Positions 1 through 9,953 of a stretch of DNA of 64,000 nt are shown piece by piece. Position numbers and translations under genes: made by a program. The notes beneath the pieces are model-generated. The model worked only from the letters and a program-made list of their open reading frames with translations. It had not been told where the DNA came from and ran no database searches. Positions within the stretch are counted from its first letter, which is position 1. Each line of letters starts with the position of its first letter. The stretch comes from an uncultured virus (IMG/VR IMGVR_UViG_3300030330_002808) (lineage: Duplodnaviria; Heunggongvirae; Uroviricota; Caudoviricetes), in the IMG/VR virus record IMGVR_UViG_3300030330_002808, positions 1-64,000 of that record; one strand, given 5' to 3'.

Positions 1-3
1 GCA

Positions 4-3000
4 TTACGTCATTCTCTTTCTAGCTAAAGCTGCCCCTAAAGTATCTTGAGGAAACAAAGTTTCAAAATTTTGTGCTGATTGAATTGCTTCTAGTCCAGTC
101 GGAGGACTTGGAATATTTTGAGGTAATGATGTCATTTGAATAGGCTCCTCTTCTGTTACCTCTTGCTCGATTTCATTATTTACAGCTTTAGACATTCTTT
201 GAGAATCAACTAAATCTATCATTACTGGTGTAAATTCATCATCTGCAAAATATCTTTCATCAAATATATAATAACCAAAAAGCCTAGATATAATTTGTTT
301 TGCTGTATTTGATGTTTTTTTTACATCTTTTAATTTTAGCAACTCCTTTAATCTGTTTGGATCAGTAATAATTTCAGCTAATTGTTTATCTACGTCTGAT
401 CTAACAATTTTTTTTAATGCGGTGAATGTTCTACCGGCAAGTGTGAATTGTCCTAATCTAGCTCTTATTATATCATTGAGTGCTGACTCAGCTCTTCCTA
501 TTGTAGCTTGTGTTGATTGTCTAGTAGTTATTTCTAAGGCATTTCTTATATTGTATAAATCATCTACAAAAGTTTTGTTATTTGCAAAAACTTTTCTTAA
601 AATTTGTTGATTATTTTTTAAATAATTGGCCATCTCATTAAAATCTAGAGCTCCTCTATTATTAGTAATTTTTAACATTAAGTGATCTTTTGCCTTTGTT
701 TGAAAAGCATTTAACAATTGTTTGTCTTCACTTATAATAGCCATAACTTTATTTAAAGTGGTTGGATTTTGATTGTTATAAACAAATGCAAAAATTTTAT
801 CTGGGTTCATCGATTCTAATTTACCTTTAGTTGAGATGCCTAATCTTTTCATAATTCTGCTGTATTTTTCTTGATTTTGAGCAACTTTTTTTGCTAATGC
901 ACCAATAGATTCAATTTCTTTTAAACCTTTTTTTCCACCAAAAAATTTTCCTAAAGCATATTCATAATCAGACAAAAATTTTTGATGTGCTTTTAAATTT
1001 ACTTTACCTGTATTCAATGGATCCACAGCTTGTTTATATGATTTTAAAATTTGCTCTTGATATGTTCCTATAAGAGCCGGTCTTTGTTTTAATAATTCAT
1101 AAATTTGATCTATTCTTCTTTCTTGAGATGCTCCTTTTTTAAATGTTTGTCTAAAAACATCCTCATCAGCTATTACTAAATCTCCGTTTTTAGTAGATAA
1201 TAAATTTGCAATTACACCTTTATATTTTGTTTTATTATTTTTATAAGCTTTATCTAATTTTATAAATTCTCTATACCAAATATCATCTTCACCTAAATCT
1301 TTTAATTGATCTTTAATTGCACCTATTAATTTAGAAGTTGCACCTTCAACTGGTTGACCTTCAATAGGAACTTGACCTTTTGTGATTTGTCTATCAAATC
1401 TTCTTAAATCACTAAGAGTATTTTTTAATTTATTAATATTAATTGTTGAACCAATCTCTGTTTTAATAACTTTTTTCAAATCAGGATATTGTGCAAAAAG
1501 AGTATCTCTTTGTCTTTTATTTAACAATTTAATTGCTGACTTAATTTTATCTGTCTTCACTCTTCTACCTGCACCTATTTTAAATAATTCTCCATATAAA
1601 TTAGTATATTCTTGTTCAAAGTCGTCATATAAACCTTTAATAACACCTCTTATCTCTTCACCTGCTTCTTTTGTTCCACCATCTGGTAATTTTATTACAG
1701 CATCTGTTAAGTCTGTTTCCGATTTTTGTAATGCATTTGTTAAGGCTTTTTGTCTTGGGTTTAGCCTTTTTAATATTGAATTTTGAATCATTTTACCAAC
1801 TTCATCAGCACCTATGGGATCTTTTCCAGATAAATTTTTAAAATTATACCCATCTGTTATTAACTTCATATACATATTTAAAGCTTCAGCTTGTTCCTCG
1901 TTGAAACTTGTAAATATGCCCTTTACTCCATATTTAGGATTAGTTTCATAAGCATGTTGCAAAGCTAAAAATGTGTCATCGTTTGAAGCCTGTCCTAAAG
2001 TAAATTTCAATTCTTTTTCATATCCTAAATCAGTTAATCTTTCATTTATTTTTGTAACTAATTTATCAGCTTGTTGAGCATCTTTTACTCTACCACTAAA
2101 TTCTGCGGCATTAATTTTACCTGTCAATTTAAAGTTTTTAAATATTTGATAAAGTTTAGGAACTGAATAACCTGTTGCTGTTAAAGCAGCATTTAATTTT
2201 GCTAAATCTTTACCTTCATTTTCTAAATAATCTAAAAATCCTTTTTCAGTTTGATTAATACCGTATTTTGTATGACCTAAAGCTAACCTTGCTGTTTCTA
2301 ATAACGCACTTGACGCAGCCGAAGTTATGATAGCACCTGTTGGCCCGGCTACTCCTGTAGCTAAAATAGTAGCAAAAATTTCAGGTACTACAAACAATGA
2401 ATAACCTCCAAATTTAGCAATATCTCCTTCATCAATTCCAGTAGGATTTACTAATTCATAATTTCCAGTTTTTGGATTTAAAAATTCTAATTGCTCAGTT
2501 TCTTGACCATATCTTATTGGGACATCCTCACCAAAATATCTATCTAAAACTGTTTTAGCAGCAATCGCTTGATTTGCATCATCTCTTGCTAATGATTGAG
2601 CAAAACCGATATCTCTTACATTTACATCTGTATCAGGGTTTACATTATTTAGAAGAGCTATTTCTTTTGTTGAATATTCAATATCATTAATATTAGGAAC
2701 ATCAAAATTAAATAGTTTTACATCTTCACTTTCAAAATCTTTAGGTGCAAATACATTTACAAAATCTTTAAATCTAACCGTTCCTTTTCCTTGTAATTCT
2801 TGATAAGCCCTCTGAATTACTTCTTTATCACTAGACTCCATGTCCTTAATTGAGGATCTAAAATTATTTATGTTTGCATACTCACCCTCTGGATTAAAAG
2901 CACTGTAAAAAGAAAAATAATCTATGTTTGCTTTATTTGATAACTTTCTATAGATAGCGTCAGTTATTTGTTGATCTGTTACAGATTTACCGATTTCATC

Positions 3001-3051
3001 TCCATATTTTTCTCGGTATTCATTGACATTAGTAACTGTTAATAAGCTCAT
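4..3051 (-). CDS. large putative ejection/internal virion protein, copy A (1015 aa)
   Basis: Long helical-looking ORF with a Gly/Ala-rich hydrophobic segment, at the end of the virion operon. C-terminus LFPQDTLGAALARKR resembles LFPDDNLSQLIAQRR of 58110..61280. Confidence 0.6.
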   Translation of the reverse strand: MSLLTVTNVNEYREKYGDEIGKSVTDQQITDAIYRKLSNKANIDYFSFYSAFNPEGEYANINNFRSSIKDMESSDKEVIQRAYQELQGKGTVRFKDFVNVFAPKDFESEDVKLFNFDVPNINDIEYSTKEIALLNNVNPDTDVNVRDIGFAQSLARDDANQAIAAKTVLDRYFGEDVPIRYGQETEQLEFLNPKTGNYELVNPTGIDEGDIAKFGGYSLFVVPEIFATILATGVAGPTGAIITSAASSALLETARLALGHTKYGINQTEKGFLDYLENEGKDLAKLNAALTATGYSVPKLYQIFKNFKLTGKINAAEFSGRVKDAQQADKLVTKINERLTDLGYEKELKFTLGQASNDDTFLALQHAYETNPKYGVKGIFTSFNEEQAEALNMYMKLITDGYNFKNLSGKDPIGADEVGKMIQNSILKRLNPRQKALTNALQKSETDLTDAVIKLPDGGTKEAGEEIRGVIKGLYDDFEQEYTNLYGELFKIGAGRRVKTDKIKSAIKLLNKRQRDTLFAQYPDLKKVIKTEIGSTININKLKNTLSDLRRFDRQITKGQVPIEGQPVEGATSKLIGAIKDQLKDLGEDDIWYREFIKLDKAYKNNKTKYKGVIANLLSTKNGDLVIADEDVFRQTFKKGASQERRIDQIYELLKQRPALIGTYQEQILKSYKQAVDPLNTGKVNLKAHQKFLSDYEYALGKFFGGKKGLKEIESIGALAKKVAQNQEKYSRIMKRLGISTKGKLESMNPDKIFAFVYNNQNPTTLNKVMAIISEDKQLLNAFQTKAKDHLMLKITNNRGALDFNEMANYLKNNQQILRKVFANNKTFVDDLYNIRNALEITTRQSTQATIGRAESALNDIIRARLGQFTLAGRTFTALKKIVRSDVDKQLAEIITDPNRLKELLKLKDVKKTSNTAKQIISRLFGYYIFDERYFADDEFTPVMIDLVDSQRMSKAVNNEIEQEVTEEEPIQMTSLPQNIPSPPTGLEAIQSAQNFETLFPQDTLGAALARKRMT

Positions 3052-3054
3052 TCA

Positions 3055-4407
3055 TTATTCTCCCAGACCTAATGATTTTGGATCATCTGAATCTGTTTCT
3101 ATTTCAATATCTGCGAAATAATTATAGTTGTTTAATAGGTCTTTATATTTCATAGGTATTTCATCTGATGCGACTCCAAAAGTCATTTTATAATTATTAA
3201 TAGCTTTTGCGGTAGCATTTAATCCAGAACGTTTTAATCCTTTTAAGAAAGCAATTTTATTTGATCCTTCACCTAATGAACGTAAGGCTAATTCAATATC
3301 TGCAACGCTAAATCTACCACCTGATTCTCTAGATCTTGCAATTGCGTATGCTAAATTTATAATATCAGTTTTTGCTGCTTGTGTCTCACCTGCTTTTAAA
3401 AATCTTGTTAATTTAGCATTAACTGTACTATCATTTTCTAATCTTGCAATTGCGTCCTCAACATCTTTCATACCTAATTTGTACAAAGTTGGATTTTCTT
3501 TGTTTTTACGATTTAGAAACTGATCTACAAAACCAGAAACGCCTGTTACAAATCCCACAGTCTCAGCGGCATTACCAGTAAATGCTCCTTTTTGAATGAT
3601 ATCTTTTTCAATTCTTCTGATAATTCTTGCAACATCATCAGCGGCTAACATAGCAGCTTTAACATCATTTCTAATCTTTTTCTCTTCTTTTATTGAATCA
3701 ACTTTCAACATCATTTCAATATTACCCTCAACAGGTTTATATTTATCAGGATTTCTTAAAATTAAATCTTGATCTACATATGATGGATTTAAACTAAATT
3801 CACCAGTATCTTCATTTAACACATAAGCTGTTCTTAAAGTTTTCTTTTCGGGTAAAGGTGTATATCTAATAACATTTTGACCTTCCTTATTGTAACTTAC
3901 ATTTAAAACATCACTTGGTTTTACGAAAGCAATTTTTTGAGTCATGTTATCAAAAGCTTTCATCGGTTTACTTTTATCTACTTCAGGAACAGGTACAAAT
4001 CTTGGTTGAGTTGGATCTTTTTGTGATGCCTCTGTTTGAATTCTTTTTTCAGTAACAAATACAACTGTATCTGTATCAGAGTCTAAAACTTTTTTTGTAT
4101 TTGCAAATTTTGTTTCTGCTCTTTGATCTGCTCTTGCTTTTGCTTCTTCATCTAATTGTTTAATTTGTAATGATAATCCCGGTATTGGTTCTAGACCTTT
4201 TCCAAATGCTCTAGCTAAAGATCCTAATTGACTTTCACCTGGCATTACTCTTGCTTGTAATAAAGCAGAAGTTATAGGCGTAAGTAAAAGATTTCTTTTT
4301 TCCGTTTGTGAAAAACCACCTACTTTAAATTTTTCTACCTTTAAATTCTTATCTTGTTTTTTAAGATAAGCTTTTCTAAATAAAGGTCGCATTAAAACCT
4401 TATTCAT
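3055..4407 (-). CDS. putative middle ejection protein, copy A (450 aa)
   Basis: N-terminus MNKVLMRPLFRKA nearly identical to MNKVLNRPLFRKA of 61280..63508. Lies between the small and large ejection-like genes. Confidence 0.55.
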   Translation of the reverse strand: MNKVLMRPLFRKAYLKKQDKNLKVEKFKVGGFSQTEKRNLLLTPITSALLQARVMPGESQLGSLARAFGKGLEPIPGLSLQIKQLDEEAKARADQRAETKFANTKKVLDSDTDTVVFVTEKRIQTEASQKDPTQPRFVPVPEVDKSKPMKAFDNMTQKIAFVKPSDVLNVSYNKEGQNVIRYTPLPEKKTLRTAYVLNEDTGEFSLNPSYVDQDLILRNPDKYKPVEGNIEMMLKVDSIKEEKKIRNDVKAAMLAADDVARIIRRIEKDIIQKGAFTGNAAETVGFVTGVSGFVDQFLNRKNKENPTLYKLGMKDVEDAIARLENDSTVNAKLTRFLKAGETQAAKTDIINLAYAIARSRESGGRFSVADIELALRSLGEGSNKIAFLKGLKRSGLNATAKAINNYKMTFGVASDEIPMKYKDLLNNYNYFADIEIETDSDDPKSLGLGE

Positions 4408-5247
4408 TTAGGCCCCCTGTATTCCTGAAAATGCTTGAAAAGCTCCTAATCCAGCTCCAACCGATTGAGCTAAAGGATTTGTTGTAGGTGCAGTAGCCAT
4501 CTCTATTTGTGATTGAGTTTTAGGCCCTTGTGCATAAACGTTTGATAAGAATCCTATTCTTTGGAATGGTTCAAAAGATTGTTGTAATTGTGTTCTTCTT
4601 TGAGCATCTAATGCAGCTTGAGCTAATTGTCTTTGTACACCACCTGCTGCCATTAATTGATTAATATCTTGTTGGCCCATTTGTTGTTGTTGTTGACCTG
4701 CTCCTAATAATTGTTGACCAACAGCAGCTTGAGTTCTTTGTTGATTTTGAGCTGCCCCTAATGCTGTTTGGAAACCTTGAGCTTGTGATCTACCAATATT
4801 TTCTAATGTTCTAGCTTGAAGTTCAGCTTGTTGCACACCTTCTCTACCGCCACCAAATGCACCAGATCTTACAGCTTGTCCTGCAAGTTGATTTTGCATT
4901 TGTTGTCCCTGTCTTAAAATTTCACCAGTTACAAAAGATTGAAAAGGATTAAAAAACTGTTGTATGTTTGGAGCTTGTGCTGCTGCTTGAAGCTGAGCTA
5001 TTCCTTGTGCCGTTGTCCCTGCACCAACACCAGTTTGTCCTGCTAACCTTGTTGCTTGTTGTTCTAATGCTGATAATCCTGCAACTCTCTCTGCTGGTAT
5101 AGCAACAGGTTTTTGTGCAACCTGTCTTGCTAAATCCAATAGCTCTATTTTTCTTTCCTCAATACCAGGAGCTTCTCGGACAATTTGTGTCTGAGTAGCT
5201 GGTGTACTAGGTTGTGATGATCGGCCTCCGCCTCCTAAAAAACTCAT
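4408..5247 (-). CDS. Gln/Ala/Gly-rich small ejection (DNA transfer) protein, copy A
   Basis: Composition and GAFGGGREGV motif typical of podovirus ejected proteins. Paralog at 63517..64000. Confidence 0.6.
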   Translation of the reverse strand: MSFLGGGGRSSQPSTPATQTQIVREAPGIEERKIELLDLARQVAQKPVAIPAERVAGLSALEQQATRLAGQTGVGAGTTAQGIAQLQAAAQAPNIQQFFNPFQSFVTGEILRQGQQMQNQLAGQAVRSGAFGGGREGVQQAELQARTLENIGRSQAQGFQTALGAAQNQQRTQAAVGQQLLGAGQQQQQMGQQDINQLMAAGGVQRQLAQAALDAQRRTQLQQSFEPFQRIGFLSNVYAQGPKTQSQIEMATAPTTNPLAQSVGAGLGAFQAFSGIQGA

Positions 5248-5708
5248 TTATCTAACCATTTCTCTAATTGTACGTGTTTCTTTTCCCATCCCCATTTTTG
5301 AGAAACTTTTTCCCAACCGGGTCTGGCCCAAATGCATAACCTTTTACATTTATTAAATTTTGCAAATTTTGTAATTTGATCTACAAATTGATCTTCCCAT
5401 AATTCTCTTCTCTTCCCAGTGCATATTACAATTTCTAATTGTTGATAATTTGGCATCTCCGTTATTCTAGTTACTCCCACACCAAAAACTTTATTTTCTT
5501 CCATTTCATCGGATCCAAAAAATATCCAACACTGCATCATATCTTTTTTTAGCATCTCATAAATATGTTTTGAGTCTGCATATTCTCCAGAATATTTTAA
5601 AGCTTGTGAAACTAAAAATTCTGCTAGTGGCCAAAACTTCTCAATATCTTTAGGCTCTACAGGTATGACACTTACTAGTGGTTTAATTTTTTTTCTTGTT
5701 GATGCCAT
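5244..5708 (-). CDS. putative GNAT-fold/acetyltransferase-like morphogenesis protein
   Basis: 154 aa with an ARPGWEK motif, directly before the ejection genes, where podoviruses often carry a GNAT-like gene (inference). Confidence 0.4.
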   Translation of the reverse strand: MASTRKKIKPLVSVIPVEPKDIEKFWPLAEFLVSQALKYSGEYADSKHIYEMLKKDMMQCWIFFGSDEMEENKVFGVGVTRITEMPNYQQLEIVICTGKRRELWEDQFVDQITKFAKFNKCKRLCIWARPGWEKVSQKWGWEKKHVQLEKWLDK

Positions 5709-6708
5709 TGGCCTCCTTTAATAAGTCAAAAACTCTTTTATATTTTTTTTGTTGATCATAAAAAAATGCAGCTCCTTTTTCTCTCATGTCTTTCATGCTA
5801 TTAGGATTTCCACCATTAATTATTCCTGCACCTAAAACTCCGTCAGCTCTTGTTACAAATTCACCATCTGCTAATTGAGCTAACATAGTATCTTCATCTT
5901 TGTCTCCTGTTCCTGATCCGTCTTCAACATATCCTGTTGCTCTTACATAATTTGTTGGATCATTTTCATCATGAGACTGTTTTGATGGTAAATAATTTAT
6001 ACCACCTTCATTAAATTTTTTTATTTCTGCTAGACCTCCAATTTTAGCTTTGAATGTAGTACGCTCTACAGCATATGGCCCAAGTCTGGATGTGCCTTGA
6101 TTTCTTGGGTCTGCTTCTGGTATGTAAACTTTTTCATAAGCTTTTTCTTGTCCAGTCACGGGATCAATATATTTAAAGTCTCCTCTTTCTGCTGCTAATC
6201 TTGCAACACCTAAATTGTAAGTTGGTTGAAATACATCAACATCTTTTGGTTCAAATGCTCCTGATAAATACGTTATAGCACCAATACCTAAACCTGCTTT
6301 AAATGGATCTATTTCTCTTTCTCCAGGAATAATTCTTCCATCAGCCACTCTTTGCCTTGTAAAGAAATCACCAATTTTTCCAAACGCTGATCCTTGTGTC
6401 GCTGCTCCTCCGCCACCGCCTCCTGATGCTAATGCTCTACTCGTTGTTAGTGCACCAGATTGACCCTGAGCTAATGGACTCATAGTTGCTCCTCTAGAAA
6501 ATAATTGTGAAAATGTTGGAACTCCACCAGCAGCTCCAAAACCTGCTGCTTTGACCCCTGGAATCATTTGACCCCCGTAATATCCAAGTGTAGCCCCACC
6601 GACACCACCCAGAATTCTACCTATACCAGATGCTCCAGAATCCTTTGCAGCTCTATATCCTTTATATCCTCCGTATGCAGCTAATGCGTAGGGCAAAAAT
6701 TGTAGCAT
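5683..6708 (-). CDS. putative internal virion protein
   Basis: Gly/Ala-rich N-terminus. C-terminal FNEGG...GSGTGDKDEDTMLAQLADGEFV resembles the GPGTxTSDxIPAxLSxGEFV motif of tape-measure/ejected proteins. Confidence 0.55.
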   Translation of the reverse strand: MLQFLPYALAAYGGYKGYRAAKDSGASGIGRILGGVGGATLGYYGGQMIPGVKAAGFGAAGGVPTFSQLFSRGATMSPLAQGQSGALTTSRALASGGGGGGAATQGSAFGKIGDFFTRQRVADGRIIPGEREIDPFKAGLGIGAITYLSGAFEPKDVDVFQPTYNLGVARLAAERGDFKYIDPVTGQEKAYEKVYIPEADPRNQGTSRLGPYAVERTTFKAKIGGLAEIKKFNEGGINYLPSKQSHDENDPTNYVRATGYVEDGSGTGDKDEDTMLAQLADGEFVTRADGVLGAGIINGGNPNSMKDMREKGAAFFYDQQKKYKRVFDLLKEANGINKKKN

Positions 6709-6754
6709 TAATTCTTTACTCCTTTTAAGATCTTAAAAGGTAAATATTACCATT

Positions 6755-7573
6755 TTACTTCTCTAATATCAACTCATCGACAAATTTGCCTTTATATTGA
6801 TGCTCACCAACGTGTATTATTTCATCTAATATATAAGCAAAACATTTACCACCGATGTCTTTCCAGAGCTTACAAAAAGCAAAATCCTCTCCAAGGTAAG
6901 TTTTATTTATAGGGTCATGTAAGGTATCAAAGAAATTCCACATGTGTTTCTTCAGCACTAATTTACTGTTAATAACGGTGTTTTGACGTATTTCTCGTTC
7001 AGGGTATTTTTCAATAAGTTTTTTAAAAACACCCCTTTCTATTAACATACATCCCGTAGGAGCGTGTGTAATTTCAATTATGCCATCTGTTAATTTGACA
7101 TCGTTTTTATCTTCAACTTTCATAGGGTAACTATTAAATATCTGTTCAAGATCCTCTGGTTTTTTAATTTTGCCTTGTTGTATTTCATCTAATCCTTTAT
7201 CCCATAAAAAAGCTTTTAATGGGTACGGAACTGATATTAGCTCTTTCTTTGCCTCTAGCATTTTTAGTATTGTTTTAGCTTGAACATGAATATCCGAATC
7301 AATAAATAACATGTGGGTGCAATCAGACTCTAAGAAACCAGACACACACAAATTTCTACCTTGTGTAACTAATGATGATTTTAAAATACAAAATTCTACA
7401 TGTATTTTTTTCATGTGACATAGTCTAGAAATATCTAATAAAGATTGTACATAATGTAATGAAACCTCTGAGTGACATGGAGTTGCAACATACAATCGAA
7501 ATGGTGAAATATTATTTGATTTTTTTTCAACCCATATAGGTTTAATTAATTCGTCTTCATCAAGATTTTGCAC
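6755..7573 (-). CDS. glycosyltransferase, GT-A/GT2-like
   Basis: VATPC start, RN, HMLFIDSDI (DxD), TGCMLI and GEDFAFC motifs. Confidence 0.7.
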   Translation of the reverse strand: MQNLDEDELIKPIWVEKKSNNISPFRLYVATPCHSEVSLHYVQSLLDISRLCHMKKIHVEFCILKSSLVTQGRNLCVSGFLESDCTHMLFIDSDIHVQAKTILKMLEAKKELISVPYPLKAFLWDKGLDEIQQGKIKKPEDLEQIFNSYPMKVEDKNDVKLTDGIIEITHAPTGCMLIERGVFKKLIEKYPEREIRQNTVINSKLVLKKHMWNFFDTLHDPINKTYLGEDFAFCKLWKDIGGKCFAYILDEIIHVGEHQYKGKFVDELILEK

Positions 7574-8489
7574 TTATAGCTCCTTCTAAAAAAATTTCCC
7601 ACTCACCCCCCTTTTTTTTCCAATCATAAAATCTTTTAGCATGTAATTGTTGTGCATCTAAGTGCTCCTCTAAATAATCTTCACCTAGTTGCTTACTAGC
7701 CATATCTATAGCTTGTCCAAATGTTTGTGCTAATTTTACATAATCTTGTGTGTAGGTTACATACACTGGCCATTCAGAACAAGTTTCATATAACGCACCA
7801 TAATTTGTACATATCATATAAATTCCAGCTGCCATGGCTTCTAAAGCTCCTATGCAAAATGTTTCCTCCCAACAACTAGGATGACACCATATATGATAAT
7901 TACTAATATTTTCCATAATATATTCATGAGGCTTATATCCAATGTAATTTACATTTTTTAATTTTTTTGCTTGATCAAATAGAGGATCATATTTACCTTT
8001 ATTTACTTTTTCGAAATAATCACCATAAATTTGTGTTGAAGAATAAACATCTAATTCAATATTTGGATTTGTAACAAACTGCATTGCACCTAACATAACG
8101 TTTAATCCTCTCCAAGGTGTTGAATTATATAATATTTTTATTTTTTCTCCCTTCTTGTAGGGCTTACGTTTAGGAAAATGTTCTACGCCATTTTTAATGA
8201 CCATAGATTTATCTTGAGGTATTTTAAAAAAATATCTAAATTTTTCATAATTCCAATGTGAATTAAATATGTACCAGTCATATTCATCATGTCGATTCTG
8301 GTCACCAAAAAACTCTTGTAGGTTTGGTTGATCGTATGAATTTTTTTGCCAAAGTATATTTAATTTATTTTTTACCAATGGAACTTTACCTGGTATTGAT
8401 GTGCAGATATTTACTTTATCTAATAATTCTTTTTTACAATATTTATGTAATAACTCTAGTTGTAATTCTGTACCGCCTCTTGGTTTCAT
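7560..8489 (-). CDS. glycosyltransferase, GT-B/GT4-like
   Basis: GGTE N-terminus, STPWRGL and EETFCIGALEAMAAG (E-x7-E) motifs. Confidence 0.85.
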   Translation of the reverse strand: MKPRGGTELQLELLHKYCKKELLDKVNICTSIPGKVPLVKNKLNILWQKNSYDQPNLQEFFGDQNRHDEYDWYIFNSHWNYEKFRYFFKIPQDKSMVIKNGVEHFPKRKPYKKGEKIKILYNSTPWRGLNVMLGAMQFVTNPNIELDVYSSTQIYGDYFEKVNKGKYDPLFDQAKKLKNVNYIGYKPHEYIMENISNYHIWCHPSCWEETFCIGALEAMAAGIYMICTNYGALYETCSEWPVYVTYTQDYVKLAQTFGQAIDMASKQLGEDYLEEHLDAQQLHAKRFYDWKKKGGEWEIFLEGAISAKS

Positions 8490-8683
8490 TCGTCTTTGGT
8501 TTTACCAAAAAGCGTAAGTTTAGCAACTGTAATTTCTAAATCTTGTCTAAAATCATCTGCGGTTGTATCTGTGTTTGGATCTGCAACGTCTGCATCAAAC
8601 TCTGCTTTATCGGCATAGACTTTACCTGTTCTTTTGTTTTTAACAATTTCAACAGCCTTCGCAGGTATTCTTTGTATCGCCAT
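8486..8683 (-). CDS. hypothetical protein (65 aa)
   Basis: ORF translationally coupled to its neighbours. Confidence 0.6.
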   Translation of the reverse strand: MAIQRIPAKAVEIVKNKRTGKVYADKAEFDADVADPNTDTTADDFRQDLEITVAKLTLFGKTKDE

Positions 8684-8814
8684 TATGTTCTCCCTTGTCT
8701 GTTATATTTCTTATAATCTCTTTTTTCACTTTTTGAAAGTTTTTTCTTATGCCTTCGTGGTCTTTTTCTTGCTTTAGGTCGTGGTGTAAAATTAACAAAT
8801 TTTCGTTTAGCCAT
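8683..8814 (-). CDS. small very basic protein (43 aa, MAKRKFVNFTPRPKARKRPRRHKKK...)
   Basis: Read by hand. Fills the gap exactly and overlaps both neighbours. Confidence 0.65.
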   Translation of the reverse strand: MAKRKFVNFTPRPKARKRPRRHKKKLSKSEKRDYKKYNRQGRT

Positions 8815-9148
8815 TCTCTTGTGATCTATCTAATAGTGCAAAAGAAACAATACCCTGAAGCTCATCTGCTGTTCCTGCTGTCATTTTTAAAATATCACCA
8901 GCCTCAAGCACTAATGTATTATTTATAATATCTTTAGTAGCACTTCCTGATAATGATTCGTTAAAAATTCTAAAAGTTGCACCTGCGGATGTATCAGTAA
9001 CTTGTACATTTAAATTTACCCCACCACTAGATCCATTATTAATTTGTATTTGTTTAATTAATATGGTTGCATCTGTAGGGCATGTAACAACACTTACTGT
9101 TCCTGTTGTTGATAAATTAACTCCTGCGTTTTGATATCTTATGGTCAT
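8807..9148 (-). CDS. small beta-rich putative tail/virion protein
   Basis: 113 aa Thr/Ser/Gly-rich ORF in the tail operon, with an LVLEAGDILK motif. Confidence 0.55.
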   Translation of the reverse strand: MTIRYQNAGVNLSTTGTVSVVTCPTDATILIKQIQINNGSSGGVNLNVQVTDTSAGATFRIFNESLSGSATKDIINNTLVLEAGDILKMTAGTADELQGIVSFALLDRSQENG

Positions 9149-9309
9149 TGTAAGAAAAAATTAAAAGTGTCTTGCTCTTCTTTTAAATCAAATTGAAATG
9201 AAAAATTTAATTGATTTTTTAATGTATCTAATGCCTCTAAAATTTGTCTCTGGTTAGACTCATCATATTGTGGTTTAGGTTCTGGAATATAAATATCTAT
9301 TTTTGCCAT
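9145..9309 (-). CDS. small putative virion protein (54 aa, MAKIDIYIPEPKPQYDESNQRQILEAL...)
   Basis: Read by hand. Coupled by TAATG and ATGA overlaps to both neighbours. Confidence 0.65.
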   Translation of the reverse strand: MAKIDIYIPEPKPQYDESNQRQILEALDTLKNQLNFSFQFDLKEEQDTFNFFLQ

Positions 9310-9953
9310 TACCTTATCATCCCAAATGGAAGACCATAAATAAATTCTTGATTAATATACTGAGGTGCTCCATACAAACTTCCTAAACCCTGACCCATCA
9401 TATTTTGTGGTTGTATATTAGGATCTTGTAACAATGCAGCAATTCCTGAACTATCGTCACGGCCTGTAGACATAATATTGCCATCAGGGCCTCTCATAAA
9501 ACCTGCTTTTAAATTACCAGCGGCATCAATAATTCCTGCCGATCTATCTTGCATGTATTGTTTATAACCATCAGCAGATCTTTCATAAAAATCGATACCT
9601 CTTTTAGGTTTTGGATCTCTACCACGTACAATAGCTCTATTTTTCAAACCTGAAAAGTAATCTATATTTTGACCTAAAGTATAATCTCTAAAAGGTCTTG
9701 TAATATTCATAAAGGTTCCGCCAGGAAATCCTATAGGAAATGTGGCAGCACCTTGCTGTCTTAATTGATTTAAAGTTGCAGCTGGGTTTTGTCTTAAGAA
9801 AGCTTCTTGTTGTCTACGTCCACTATCAGATGGTTTTTTACTATCTGCTACATTTCCACCAGGAGTATAATTAGGTCTTCTTGAAGATGTAGTAGCCATT
9901 CCAGGTGATTTACCTGTCTGAGTTTGTTTTGCTGAATATTCTTGTCTACTCAT
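9309..9953 (-). CDS. hypothetical protein (214 aa)
   Basis: ORF coupled to the tail gene by a TAATG overlap. Confidence 0.6.
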   Translation of the reverse strand: MSRQEYSAKQTQTGKSPGMATTSSRRPNYTPGGNVADSKKPSDSGRRQQEAFLRQNPAATLNQLRQQGAATFPIGFPGGTFMNITRPFRDYTLGQNIDYFSGLKNRAIVRGRDPKPKRGIDFYERSADGYKQYMQDRSAGIIDAAGNLKAGFMRGPDGNIMSTGRDDSSGIAALLQDPNIQPQNMMGQGLGSLYGAPQYINQEFIYGLPFGMIR

